From Xanthobacteraceae bacterium (GTDB taxonomy: Bacteria > Pseudomonadota > Alphaproteobacteria > Rhizobiales > Xanthobacteraceae): a DNA stretch of 64,000 bases. Shown in pieces: positions 49,288 to 59,081 of this stretch. Below the pieces are notes generated by a model. The model ran no database searches, was not told where the DNA came from, and saw only the letters and a program-made list of their open reading frames with translations. The translations under genes were made by a program, and so were the position numbers. Location of the stretch: positions 3,769 through 67,768 of the forward strand of contig DASXJB010000126.1 in the NCBI GenBank assembly GCA_036497645.1, read 5' to 3'. The stretch's first letter is position 1, and every line of letters starts with the position of its first letter.

Positions 49288-49653
49288 AGGTTTACCCGCG
49301 GCACGTTGTTCTACTCTACAAATAGAATCTTAGAATCTGTTGTAGTGCTTGGACAGTTGATTGGACTCATAAATCGGCTTGCACACTGCTTGCACGAACA
49401 ACCCACATATCCCCAGCTTTCGACCGTTCACCTGGTTCGGTTGGGAAGTGCAGCGGCGCGCTAGTTTCCGGATCATTCCGGATCACTTGTCAACTCGATT
49501 TCCACATTTCACCGGTCCTGGGCATCCCTTGCGGAATAAAATGCCCGGGAGATGTGCTGTGTGGATTGATAATACGTTCGCCTGGTTAATCTGCTTGCGC
49601 CATTCGCAAAGCCATGGCCTTCTCCCCAGAGGTCAACAGCTTTTCCAGCCGGC
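49288..49653. other. oriC: candidate chromosomal replication origin (oriC, hemE-linked type)
   Basis: 366-bp divergent spacer between hemE and the DUF299/ppsR-like gene, which is the conserved Cori position in alphaproteobacteria. AT-rich tract at 49311-49380 with TAGAATCT x2. Three GANTC sites (49325, 49333, 49364). DnaA-box-like 9-mers at 49407-49415 (ATATCCCCA), 49498-49506 (ATTTCCACA) and 49560-49568 (TGTGGATTG). Tandem TTCCGGATCA x2 at 49466-49485. Confidence 0.6.
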
Positions 49654-49665
49654 TTGAACAATTCC

Positions 49666-50502
49666 ATGGTGCATGCGGCGGGCTACTTCCACCTTCACCT
49701 GATCTCGGATGCGACCGGTGAAACCTTGATTACAGTGGCGCGCGCCGCCGCGGCGCAATACGCCAAGAGCATGCCGGTCGAGCACGTCCACCCGCTGGTG
49801 CGTACGCAGAGGCAGCTCGATCGGGTTCTTGCGGAAATCGAAGAGTCTCCCGGGATCGTTCTGTATACGCTCCTGGAGGAGAATTTGGTGCAGCGGCTCG
49901 AAAAAAAATGCCGTGCGCTAGGTCTTCCCTGCCTATCGATCTTGGGGCCGGTGCTGCACCTTTTCCAGTCTTATCTGGGCGCTGAGTCGACGCATAAAGT
50001 CGGCGCGCAGCACACGCTCAATGCCGAATATTTTCGTCGCATCGATGCGCTCAATTACACCATGTTGCATGACGACGGCCAGCATATGGACGATCTCGAG
50101 GAGGCGGATGTCGTATTGGTCGGAGTGTCACGGACCTCGAAGACGCCAACCTCGATCTACCTCGCCAATCGCGGAGTGAAAACCGCCAACGTCCCGCTGG
50201 TACCTGGCCTGCCCTTGCCCGGACGTCTCGAAGCGCTCAAGCATCCTTTGGTAGTCGGGCTTTACGCCACGCCGGAACGGATCGTGCAAATTCGCCAGAA
50301 CCGGCTCCTCGGGCTCAAAGCACATCGCGACGACGATCAGTATATCGATCGTCAGGCGGTCGCCGAGGAAGTCGCCGCGTCGCGACGGCTCTGCGCCAGA
50401 CACAACTGGCCCCTCATCGACGTGACCCGCCGCTCGATCGAAGAGACGGCCGCCGCGGTGCTTGCGCATCTTGGCGAGCGGCGCCGGCATCACGTGTCCT
50501 GA
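49666..50502 (+). CDS. pyruvate,phosphate dikinase / PEP synthase regulatory protein (DUF299 kinase/pyrophosphorylase)
   Basis: [16 protein letters not shown]-terminus and P-loop [12 protein letters not shown]. This is the homologue of the gene flanking Cori in Caulobacter and Rickettsia. Start is ATG 49666 or TTG 49654. Confidence 0.85.
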   Translation: MVHAAGYFHLHLISDATGETLITVARAAAAQYAKSMPVEHVHPLVRTQRQLDRVLAEIEESPGIVLYTLLEENLVQRLEKKCRALGLPCLSILGPVLHLFQSYLGAESTHKVGAQHTLNAEYFRRIDALNYTMLHDDGQHMDDLEEADVVLVGVSRTSKTPTSIYLANRGVKTANVPLVPGLPLPGRLEALKHPLVVGLYATPERIVQIRQNRLLGLKAHRDDDQYIDRQAVAEEVAASRRLCARHNWPLIDVTRRSIEETAAAVLAHLGERRRHHVS

Positions 50503-50510
50503 GGCCGCTC

Positions 50511-51131
50511 ATGAGGCCGCCTATGGCGCTATGGCTTGCCGACGCGCCGCTCATCCTGGCGTCGCAAAGCAAGACGCGGCGGACGCTTCTCACCGCTGCC
50601 GGCGTGCCGGTCGAGACGGATCCGGCCGATCTTGATGAACGCGGTGTGGAAGCGGGCGCGCGAACGAAATCCGCCGGCGCCGTGGCCGCGCTCTTGGCGC
50701 GCGAAAAAGCAATTGCGGTAGCGCGCAAGCATGGCGGAGGTCTTACTCTCGGCGCCGACCAGACGCTTTCATTCGGCGACGAGTGCTTGACCAAACCGCG
50801 CGATCGCGATGCGGCGCGCGCGCAACTGCGCGCGCTTTGCGGCCGTACGCATGAACTTCACTCGGCGATCGCCTTCGTGCAGCATGATGCGGTGCTGTTC
50901 GAACATGTTGGCATGGCGCGGCTGACGATGCGCAATTTCTCTGAACGCTTTCTCGAGCTCTATCTTGATGCCGCCGGCGATTCGGTAACCGCAAGCGTCG
51001 GCGCCTATCAGCTCGAAGGCCTCGGCATGCAGTTATTCGAGCGCGTCGATGGCGATTATTTCACGGTCTTGGGACTGCCGCTCCTCGAGGTTCTGGAATT
51101 TCTGCGGCACTTTGGGTGCCTGGCGCGATGA
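50511..51131 (+). CDS. maf: Maf-like nucleoside triphosphate pyrophosphatase
   Basis: LILASQSKTRRTLL...GADQ...GAYQLEG motifs of the Maf family. Confidence 0.88.
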   Translation: MRPPMALWLADAPLILASQSKTRRTLLTAAGVPVETDPADLDERGVEAGARTKSAGAVAALLAREKAIAVARKHGGGLTLGADQTLSFGDECLTKPRDRDAARAQLRALCGRTHELHSAIAFVQHDAVLFEHVGMARLTMRNFSERFLELYLDAAGDSVTASVGAYQLEGLGMQLFERVDGDYFTVLGLPLLEVLEFLRHFGCLAR

Positions 51132-51736
51132 GTACCGACCGGCCGTTCGTCCTCTGCCTGACCGGCTCCCTCGCCATGGGAAAATCGACCGCCGCCAAGT
51201 TTTTTGCTGAATGCGGCGTGCCGGTTCACGATTCCGACGCGGTCGTTCATGCCCTTTACGAGGGCGAAGCGGCGGCTCTGATCGAGCAGGCGTTTCCCGG
51301 CTCGACGTCCGGCGGCAAGGTGGATCGCAGCAAGCTTGCGGCAATCGTCGTCAACGACCGAGCCGCGCTCGCTCGCCTCGAAGCGATCATCCATCCGCTC
51401 GTCACCGCCTCGCGGGAAAAGTTCCTGGCGCAGGCGCAAGCGCAGGGCGCTACCGTCGTAGTTGTCGATATCCCTTTGCTGTTCGAAACCGAAGCGCAAT
51501 CGAAATGCGATGCCGTGGTGGTAGTTTCGGCGCCGTCCGCGCACCAGCGGCGCCGCGCTTTGGACCGCCCCGGAATGACCGAGGAGAAATTTGCAGCGCT
51601 GCTGGCCAAGCAATTACCGGACGCTGAAAAGCGCCGCCGCGCCGATTTCGTCGTGGACAGCTCGCAGGGATTCGATCAGACCCGAGCGCAGATTCGAGAC
51701 ATTTTGCGCAACGTCGCTACAATGCACCGGCGGTGA
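51128..51736 (+). CDS. coaE: dephospho-CoA kinase
   Basis: P-loop LTGSLAMGKST and the DIPLLFE motif. ATGA overlap with maf. Confidence 0.9.
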   Translation: MSTDRPFVLCLTGSLAMGKSTAAKFFAECGVPVHDSDAVVHALYEGEAAALIEQAFPGSTSGGKVDRSKLAAIVVNDRAALARLEAIIHPLVTASREKFLAQAQAQGATVVVVDIPLLFETEAQSKCDAVVVVSAPSAHQRRRALDRPGMTEEKFAALLAKQLPDAEKRRRADFVVDSSQGFDQTRAQIRDILRNVATMHRR

Positions 51737-51760
51737 TTCGCGACGGTCAACGAGTTCTCG

Positions 51761-52453
51761 ATGCGCGAAATTGTCTTTGATACCGAAACGACGGGACTCG
51801 ACCCGCTTGCCGGCGATCGTCTCGTCGAAATCGGTTGCATCGAGCTTTTCAATCGATTCCCGACCGGCAAAACGTTCCATGGCTATTTCAATCCGGAACG
51901 CGACATGCCGGAATCGGCCCTGAAAATCCACGGACTGACGGTCGATTTTCTAAGGAATCAGCCGTTGTTCGCGCACCGGGTTAGCGAACTCATCGTTTTC
52001 CTCGGCGACGCTCAGCTGGTTGCGCATAATGCAATGTTCGATCTGGCCTTCCTTAATGCCGAATTGGAGCGCGCCGGGCACCCCGCGGTGAGCCGCGACC
52101 GCATGGTCGACACGCTGTTGATTGCGCGCCGCAAACATCCCGGAGCGGCGAACAGGCTGGACGATTTGTGCGCTCGCTATGCCATCGATAATTCGCGCCG
52201 CGTCAAGCATGGTGCGCTGCTCGATGCCGAACTCCTGGCCGAGGTCTATGTCGAACTGATCGGCGCGCGTCAGGCGCAGCTTATTCTTTCGCAAGCGCCG
52301 GCTATTGTGATGCCCGGCGAGATCATCGCGGTGCGGGAACGCCCCGCGCCGCTGCCGTCGCGGCTAACGGCGGATGCGCAGGCCGCCCATCGTCGATTCA
52401 TCGCGAGCCTCGGCCAAAACGCGGTTTGGCGCGATTACGTCAGCTTGGATTAA
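51761..52453 (+). CDS. dnaQ: DNA polymerase III subunit epsilon
   Basis: Exo [11 protein letters not shown], Exo [12 protein letters not shown], Exo [17 protein letters not shown]. Confidence 0.95.
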   Translation: MREIVFDTETTGLDPLAGDRLVEIGCIELFNRFPTGKTFHGYFNPERDMPESALKIHGLTVDFLRNQPLFAHRVSELIVFLGDAQLVAHNAMFDLAFLNAELERAGHPAVSRDRMVDTLLIARRKHPGAANRLDDLCARYAIDNSRRVKHGALLDAELLAEVYVELIGARQAQLILSQAPAIVMPGEIIAVRERPAPLPSRLTADAQAAHRRFIASLGQNAVWRDYVSLD

Positions 52454-52941
52454 GCGGGCGCATTGGCTTGCTGCGCGCTGGCCATGCGTTCCCGATAAAG
52501 CGAAGCGAAATCGACCGGCTCAAGCATCAGAGGAGGAAAGCCGCCATTGCGGGTCGCCGTGGCGACGATTTCTCGTGCGAAGGGGAACAACAGACGCGGG
52601 CACTCGATCATGACCATTGGCTGGAGGCTCTCGGGCGGGATGTTGAGGATCCGAAATACCCCGGCATAGAGCAGCTCGAAGCCGAACAGCACGAAGCCCT
52701 GGACTTCCGCCTTGCCGTCTAGCCTCAGCGTCACTTCGACGTCGTATTCGGCGAGAGGGGCCGCCTCGACGCTGATATTGATCTTGATCGAGGGCTGCTG
52801 CGGGCTCGGTGTCAGAGCGCGCGGCGCGTTCGGGTTCTCGAACGAGAAATCCTTCACATATTGCATGAGCACGCCGATCTGCGGAACCGGCGTCTGTGGG
52901 GCACCCGGTTGTGGCGCGGGGCCACCATTCGTCGTCGACAT
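52450..52941 (-). CDS. secB: protein-export chaperone SecB
   Basis: ATG at 52941 is preceded by [19 protein letters not shown] and PFAREIV motifs are typical of SecB. Confidence 0.92.
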   Translation of the reverse strand: MSTTNGGPAPQPGAPQTPVPQIGVLMQYVKDFSFENPNAPRALTPSPQQPSIKINISVEAAPLAEYDVEVTLRLDGKAEVQGFVLFGFELLYAGVFRILNIPPESLQPMVMIECPRLLFPFAREIVATATRNGGFPPLMLEPVDFASLYRERMASAQQANAPA

Positions 52942-53280
52942 TGTTCTCTCCGCTTGGGCCGGCTTGGCTAACATGCGGCGGAGCCGCGAACAATGCCGGG
53001 AACGGCGGCGGCTCGAGGTCCAAGGCCCAAGACCCAAGACAGCAGCCCAAGACGGGGCGTCAATTTAGCGTAGAGACAGGGTGCGCCCGCCGGACTGCAT
53101 TGTTGGCGCAGCCGCGCCGATCGTTTAATGTTTGCGCGTCGCCGCGTTAAAATGACGGCTAGCCGCCACTGGATGGCCTTACCTGCATGCCTACATAAGT
53201 GGGGACCGGTGTTCTGCCGCGGTTTGGTCATTCGAGCCGATCCCGGAATACACTGCCCCGCTTACTGCGATGGCGAAAGA

Positions 53281-54000
53281 ATGGCCGACGTGTTCGATAT
53301 CTACACCATCATTTTCCTGGCCCTCGCAGTGTTTATTTTTCTGCGACTGCGCAGCGTTTTGGGCCAGCGGACCGGCCGCGAGCGGCCGCCCTATGATCCA
53401 TATTCAGCCCGCGATGCGGTGCGCAGCCCGGCCGCCGAGCAGAAGGTAGTAACCCTGCCGCAGCGCGGTTCCGATACATCGCGCGCCGCTGACGCCGCCG
53501 CGTCTGCGGGCGAACGCTGGAAGGATATCGCCGAGAGCGGATCGACCGTGGCGGCTGGGCTTGATGCGATCGCCGCCACGGATTCGAGCTTTGACGCCAA
53601 ACATTTCATTACCGGTGCGCGCGCCGCCTACGAGATGATTGTGACTGCTTTCGCCGGTGGCGACCGCCGACAGCTGCGCAGCTTACTGTCGCGTGAAGTC
53701 TATGACGGCTTCGATGCGGCGATTACCGAGCGCGAGCGCCGCAGCGAATCCGCCGAGACTCGTTTTGTTTCGATCGATGGTGCGACTATAACGGCAGCCG
53801 AGCTGCGCAATCGGACGACTGCACAAATCACCGTGCGCTTCGTGTCCAAACTGATTTCCGCCACACGCGATCGGAGTGGCACGGTCATCGACGGCAATGC
53901 CGAAAAAGTCACGGACGTGACGGATGTCTGGACCTTCGCCCGCGATGTGTCCTCGCGCGACCCCAACTGGAAAGTCATCGCGACCGAAACCGGACAATGA
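53281..54000 (+). CDS. Tim44-like domain membrane protein
   Basis: N-terminal TM (IYTIIFLALAVFIFLRL) plus a C-terminal Tim44-like domain (DSSFDAKHFITGARAAYEMIVTAFAGGD...WTFARD...DPNWKV). Confidence 0.82.
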   Translation: MADVFDIYTIIFLALAVFIFLRLRSVLGQRTGRERPPYDPYSARDAVRSPAAEQKVVTLPQRGSDTSRAADAAASAGERWKDIAESGSTVAAGLDAIAATDSSFDAKHFITGARAAYEMIVTAFAGGDRRQLRSLLSREVYDGFDAAITERERRSESAETRFVSIDGATITAAELRNRTTAQITVRFVSKLISATRDRSGTVIDGNAEKVTDVTDVWTFARDVSSRDPNWKVIATETGQ

Positions 54001-55448
54001 TGTTCGCGATGAGTGGGGGTGCGGCGCCAAGTCTGGTCTTTCGCCTTCTGGTCTTTCGCATTCCGGTTCATCGCGTTGCCGTCGCGCTGGTCGTCCTCTT
54101 TGCGCTGCAAGCGACGGCAGTCGCGCAAGGGGGCGGCCCGCTGGTACTTCCCGATACGCAATATGAGCCGATCGAGTGGAGCGACCTCGAGGGTTGGACC
54201 AGCGACGATCATGCCGCTGCCTTCGCTGCTTTTCTCGGCAGCTGCCGGACGCTGCAGAATCGGCGTCGCCAGTCGGCTCGGGATTTGACCCCGATTCCGG
54301 CTGCGCTGAAAGACATTTGCGAAGACGCGCGTCAAGCTATTCCGCTGGACGAAGACGGCGCCCGGAAATTTTTTGAAGACCATTTCCGTCCGATCCGAAT
54401 CAGCAGGCTCGGCGATAGCGACGGTTTCCTCACCGGATATTACGAGCCGATCATTGCCGGTTCGCGTGTACCCACCGGGGAATTCACGGCGCCGCTTTAT
54501 CGTCGGCCGCCCAACCTCGTACCCGCCGGCCGGCGCAAGCTTGGCGATGCATTTCCATCGAAGGGCGTGTTCGTCGGTCGACGCGTCGGCCGCCGCAAGA
54601 TTGTGCCCTATTATGATCGTGGCCAGATCGAGGATGGCGCGCTCGACGGCTGGCATCTTGAAATCTGCTACCTGCACGACCAGGTCGACGTTTTGTTCGC
54701 GCAGATCCAAGGCTCTGCCCGAATCCGGCTCGAAGATGGAGCCATTCTTCGCGTCAATTACGATTCGCACAATGGCTGGCCTTATACGCCGGTCGGCCGC
54801 GCTCTCGTCGACCAAAAAATATTGAGCAGAGATCAGGTATCGATGCAGAGCATTCGCGATTGGATGGAAGCTAATCCAGATCAAGCGAAGGAGGTGCGCC
54901 GGCAAAACAAATCCTATGTGTTTTTCCGGATCACCGATCTTGCCACCGAGGACGAAGCGGTCGGCGGCCAGGGCGTACCGCTGATGCCAGGCCGCTCGAT
55001 CGCGATCGACCGTGCGCTCCACGCCTATGGCACGCCTTTTTTCATTCAGGCTGAGCTGCCGATCGCCAACCAGAAAGCCGGCACGAAATTCGACCGTCTC
55101 ATGATCGCGCAGGATACCGGTTCGGCGATCGTCGGTCCGGCGCGCGCGGATATTTATTTCGGCGCCGGCGACGAGGCAGCGCGTATCGCCGGGCGCATCA
55201 AAAATCCGGGCACATTCGTCATGCTGGTGCCGCGCGAACTCGATCCAGTGGCGGCCGGGAGCGACGTGCCGCTGCCACCAACGCGGCTCGGTCTATTCGG
55301 TTTCAATTTTGACAACATGCCCGACCCGACGGTGCCCGACAGCGCCGCGGATGAAGTGCCCCTGCCTGAGGCCAAGCCGGCGATTGCGGCTGGTGCGAAC
55401 GTGGCGCCGTCCGTGAATAGCAAGTCCAACGCGCGGCGCCGCCGATGA
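53997..55448 (+). CDS. mltA: murein transglycosylase A
   Basis: MltA-specific and 3D domains (YVFFR...GRSIAID, AQDTGSAIVGPARADIYFG), a signal-like N-terminus and a Pro/Ala-rich C-terminal tail. Confidence 0.88.
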   Translation: MMFAMSGGAAPSLVFRLLVFRIPVHRVAVALVVLFALQATAVAQGGGPLVLPDTQYEPIEWSDLEGWTSDDHAAAFAAFLGSCRTLQNRRRQSARDLTPIPAALKDICEDARQAIPLDEDGARKFFEDHFRPIRISRLGDSDGFLTGYYEPIIAGSRVPTGEFTAPLYRRPPNLVPAGRRKLGDAFPSKGVFVGRRVGRRKIVPYYDRGQIEDGALDGWHLEICYLHDQVDVLFAQIQGSARIRLEDGAILRVNYDSHNGWPYTPVGRALVDQKILSRDQVSMQSIRDWMEANPDQAKEVRRQNKSYVFFRITDLATEDEAVGGQGVPLMPGRSIAIDRALHAYGTPFFIQAELPIANQKAGTKFDRLMIAQDTGSAIVGPARADIYFGAGDEAARIAGRIKNPGTFVMLVPRELDPVAAGSDVPLPPTRLGLFGFNFDNMPDPTVPDSAADEVPLPEAKPAIAAGANVAPSVNSKSNARRRR

Positions 55449-55975
55449 GCCGGCGCCGCTTGAGCGACGATGAACGGGCGCTGTGGAGAGGATTTGCCCG
55501 CGATGTGACGCCGTTGCGCCGCAGCGCCGCTGCTGCGCTTGGCGTTGCACCCGATCAGGCCACGTGCGAAACGCCGCCGTCTCAGAGCGTCCCAAAAGAA
55601 CGCTCACATGCGAAACAGCCGCCGGCACTGGCGCAGTTCGATCGCCGCTTACGGCAGCGCGTCGCGCGGGGCCACACGGCGATCGACGCCCGGCTCGATC
55701 TGCACGGCATGACACAGAAACAGGCGCATGCGGCGCTTTTGCATTTTCTCACGCAGGCGCAAGCACAGGATGCGAAACTCGCGCTGGTAGTGACTGGCAA
55801 GGGTATCGGCGGCGCAGCGGGCTCGGCGTCCGAAGGCGGCGTGCTGCGGCGACAAGTGCCATTATGGCTGTCGTTGGCGGAGTTCCGCCGCTTTATCGTC
55901 AGTTTCCAACAAGCGCATGCCAGCCACGGCGGCGAAGGCGCGCTTTACCTGCGCTTGCGGCGCCGCCCGCGTTAG
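55445..55975 (+). CDS. Smr-domain protein
   Basis: LDLHGMTQKQAHAAL...VVTGKG...LR are Smr/MutS2-type nuclease domain motifs. ATGA overlap with mltA. Confidence 0.85.
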   Translation: MSRRRLSDDERALWRGFARDVTPLRRSAAAALGVAPDQATCETPPSQSVPKERSHAKQPPALAQFDRRLRQRVARGHTAIDARLDLHGMTQKQAHAALLHFLTQAQAQDAKLALVVTGKGIGGAAGSASEGGVLRRQVPLWLSLAEFRRFIVSFQQAHASHGGEGALYLRLRRRPR

Positions 55976-56111
55976 CTGCAGTCGATGGCGTAACACACGC
56001 ATCGTTAAGGTTAATATCGAGAAAGCCCGAAAAAACGCACGAATCCGTCAAACTCGTCGGCGAAACTCTGTCACGCAAGTCAGTCAAACGCGATTTCGGA
56101 ACCAACCGCCC

Positions 56112-56279
56112 ATGTCCGAGAGTATGGTTACCACGGTCAAATCTGCGACGGTCGCCGCGCACGATTCAATGCACGCGGGCGCCTCCGATCTACGCATGCT
56201 GGCTCAGGTCGAAAAATGGATGGCGATGATTCGCGAAATTAACCGCGAGCAGCAGAGCCAGCCGGCTTTCCAGCGGTGA
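56112..56279 (+). CDS. small hypothetical protein (55 aa)
   Basis: MSESMVTTVKSATVAAHDSMHAGASDLRMLAQVEKWMAMIREINREQQSQPAFQR. The composition is non-junk and it sits in the 345-bp smr-hslU spacer, but there is no clear SD. Confidence 0.3.
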   Translation: MSESMVTTVKSATVAAHDSMHAGASDLRMLAQVEKWMAMIREINREQQSQPAFQR

Positions 56280-56320
56280 ACTGAAGCCGATAGCCCCTCG
56301 GCGCCACACCGTACAGCTGC

Positions 56321-57628
56321 TCACAAGATAAATCGGCTGAGATCGACGTTCTTGGCGAGATCGCCGACGTGCTTATGCACGTAGGCCGCATCGATTTTCA
56401 CCGTCTCGCCAGAGCGGTCGGGCGCGCCGAACGAAACATCATCAAGCACGCGCTCCATCACCGTTTGCAAACGGCGCGCGCCGATATTCTCAACGCTTGA
56501 ATTGACCGCCACCGCAACGTCGGCGACGGCGTCGATCGCATCCTCGGAAAATTCCAGATTGACGCCTTCGGTCGCCATCAGCGCCACATATTGTTTGATG
56601 AGCGAGGCTTCCGGTTCGGTCAGAATGCGGCGGAAATCGTCGCGCGTCAGCGGCTTGAGTTCGACGCGGATCGGCAATCGCCCCTGCAGTTCCGGCAGCA
56701 GATCGGAGGGCTTGGAAATGTGAAAGGCGCCCGAGGCGATAAACAGAATATGATCGGTCTTCACCGAGCCATGTTTGGTGGCAACGGTGGTGCCCTCGAT
56801 CAAGGGCAAAAGATCACGCTGCACACCCTCACGCGACACGTCGGCGCCGATGCGGCCGTCGCGCGCGCAGATTTTGTCGATCTCGTCGAGGAAGACGATG
56901 CCGTTGTTTTCGACCGTCTTGATCGCTTCCTGAGTCAATTGCTCGATATCGAGTAATTTGTCGGACTCCTCGTTGACCAGAATGTCGTAGGAATCCGTCA
57001 CAGTGACGCGGCGGGTCTTGGTCCGGCCGCCGCCGAGCTTGCCGAAAATATCGCCGATCGAGATCGCGCCCATCTGCGCGCCCGGCATGCCGGGAATGTC
57101 GAACAGCGGCAAGCCGCCGCCGGCGGCCTGCACCTCGATCTCGATTTCTTTGTCATTGAGCTCGCCGGTGCGCAGCTTCTTGCGAAACGCCTCTTTGGTC
57201 GAAGCGCTCGCATTCGCCCCGACCAAGGCGTCGAGCACGCGATTTTCGGCGGCTTGCTGCGCGCGGGTTTCCACGTCTTTGCGCCGCTTTTCGCGCGTCA
57301 GCGTGATGGCGATCTCGACCAGGTCGCGCACGATCTGCTCGACGTCGCGCCCAACATAGCCGACCTCGGTGAACTTGGTCGCCTCGACTTTGAGGAATGG
57401 TGCGCCGGCCAGCTTGGCGAGGCGGCGGGAGATTTCGGTCTTGCCGACGCCGGTCGGCCCGATCATCAAAATATTTTTCGGCAACACTTCTTCGCGCAGC
57501 CGATCGTCGAGCTGCAGGCGGCGCCAGCGATTGCGTAGCGCAATCGCGACGGCGCGCTTGGCGTCGCCCTGCCCGACGATGAAACGGTCGAGCTCGGAGA
57601 CGATTTCGCGGGGAGAGAAGTCGGTCAC
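56321..57628 (-). CDS. hslU: ATP-dependent protease ATPase subunit HslU
   Basis: The GTG at 57628 overlaps the hslV stop (GTGA). Sequence reads [20 protein letters not shown], with Walker [11 protein letters not shown]. 435 aa. Confidence 0.96.
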   Translation of the reverse strand: MTDFSPREIVSELDRFIVGQGDAKRAVAIALRNRWRRLQLDDRLREEVLPKNILMIGPTGVGKTEISRRLAKLAGAPFLKVEATKFTEVGYVGRDVEQIVRDLVEIAITLTREKRRKDVETRAQQAAENRVLDALVGANASASTKEAFRKKLRTGELNDKEIEIEVQAAGGGLPLFDIPGMPGAQMGAISIGDIFGKLGGGRTKTRRVTVTDSYDILVNEESDKLLDIEQLTQEAIKTVENNGIVFLDEIDKICARDGRIGADVSREGVQRDLLPLIEGTTVATKHGSVKTDHILFIASGAFHISKPSDLLPELQGRLPIRVELKPLTRDDFRRILTEPEASLIKQYVALMATEGVNLEFSEDAIDAVADVAVAVNSSVENIGARRLQTVMERVLDDVSFGAPDRSGETVKIDAAYVHKHVGDLAKNVDLSRFIL

Positions 57629-58185
57629 GCCTTCAACGTCTCTACGGTCACATTGCGATTGGTGTAAACGCAAATCTCCGCGGCGATGTCGAGCGACCGG
57701 CGCACGATCGCTTCCGCATCAAGCGGCCCATCGAGCAGAGCCCGCGCCGCGGCGAGCGCATAATTACCGCCGGAGCCGATGCCGACCACACCGGCCTCGG
57801 GCTCGAGCACGTCGCCGGTGCCGGTCAATACCAGTGATACGTCCTTGTCGGCGACGATCATCATGGCTTCGAGCCGCCGAAGATAACGGTCCGTGCGCCA
57901 ATCCTTGGCGAGCTCGACAGCGGCACGCGTCAATTGGCCGGGATACTGTTCGAGCTTGGATTCGAGCCGCTCGAACAGCGTGAACGCATCGGCGGTGGCG
58001 CCGGCAAAGCCGCCGATGACCGCGCCGCCGCCGAGCCGGCGCACTTTCTTTGCGTTCGCCTTGATGATGGTCTGGCCGATCGAGACCTGTCCGTCGCCGC
58101 CGACCGCGACCAGTCCGCCCTTGCGGACCGTCAGAATGGTCGTGCCGTGCCAAGGGCCGGAATGGCCCGCTTCTACCGAGGACAT
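57625..58185 (-). CDS. hslV: ATP-dependent protease subunit HslV
   Basis: [12 protein letters not shown] (active-site Thr after a short propeptide). Start is ATG at 58185, and the ORF track extends to TTG at 58227. Confidence 0.93.
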   Translation of the reverse strand: MSSVEAGHSGPWHGTTILTVRKGGLVAVGGDGQVSIGQTIIKANAKKVRRLGGGAVIGGFAGATADAFTLFERLESKLEQYPGQLTRAAVELAKDWRTDRYLRRLEAMMIVADKDVSLVLTGTGDVLEPEAGVVGIGSGGNYALAAARALLDGPLDAEAIVRRSLDIAAEICVYTNRNVTVETLKA

Positions 58186-58395
58186 GGGCTGGATGAACGA
58201 TAAACCGGGTTCGACGGCCAAGTTCAACTGACCGGTTCAACTGACCGGGCTGGAAAACGTTTGCTTAAAGCATGATTTAAGAGTTGGTCGCCGGCAATGC
58301 AAATGCGCGATGGCGCCAGTGGCGAGTTCGGAGGGGCCCTGATAAAAGGCCCGCGAAGGCAAGATTGGGCCCGAGACAGCGATCGGGAGAGCGAA

Positions 58396-58989
58396 GTGCG
58401 CAAAGGCACGGTGGCGCGCAAGACCAAGGAAACCGACGTCGAGGTCGCGGTCGATCTCGACGGTACGGGCGCGTCTTCGATCGAAACTGGCATCGGCTTT
58501 CTCGACCACATGCTCGATCTGTTGGCCCGGCATTCGCGGATTGACATCCGCGTTAAAGCCAAGGGCGATCTGCATATCGATCACCACCACACAACCGAGG
58601 ACGTCGGCATCGCGCTCGGCCAGGCGTTGAAACAGGCGCTTGGCGAGATGAAAGGCATTGCGCGCTACTCCGATGTGCACGTGCCGATGGACGAAGCGCT
58701 CACGCGCGTCGCTCTCGATATTTCCGGCCGGCCATTTCTGGTGTTCAACGTCGAATTCGTCCGGGCCAAAGTGGGCCCCTTCGATACCGAATTGATCGAA
58801 GAATGGTTTCGCGCTTTCGCCATGAACTCGGGTGTGACGCTGCATGTCGCCACGCTATACGGCGGCAACGATCATCATATTGCCGAGTCCTGTTTTAAGG
58901 GTCTGGCCCGGGCGTTGCGCGCTGCCGTTGCCGTCGATCCGCGCGCGGCGGGCGAGGTGCCGTCAACCAAAGGCAGGCTCGGCAATTAA
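58396..58989 (+). CDS. hisB: imidazoleglycerol-phosphate dehydratase
   Basis: The GTG at 58396 after GGGAGAG gives [17 protein letters not shown]..., and the DHHHTTED motif is present. 197 aa. Confidence 0.93.
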   Translation: MRKGTVARKTKETDVEVAVDLDGTGASSIETGIGFLDHMLDLLARHSRIDIRVKAKGDLHIDHHHTTEDVGIALGQALKQALGEMKGIARYSDVHVPMDEALTRVALDISGRPFLVFNVEFVRAKVGPFDTELIEEWFRAFAMNSGVTLHVATLYGGNDHHIAESCFKGLARALRAAVAVDPRAAGEVPSTKGRLGN

Positions 58990-59081
58990 ATTGCGGCAAT
59001 TAAATCGCGGTCCGTGAAACGAGAGTTTCTAAGGCGAGTTTCCAAGGATCGTGCAGCAGGCTAACGCTGAAAGATCGGTCA

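Noticed and set aside
49583-49600. Full CtrA boxes (TTAA-N7-TTAA) in the putative origin and in other spacers, for example 58265-58281, where CTTAAAGCATGATTTAAG reads as TTAA-N8-TTAA.
   Set aside because: Only a half-site-like TTAACCAG is present in the origin region. The hslV/hisB spacer element has N8 rather than N7 spacing. No exact full site was seen in any spacer.
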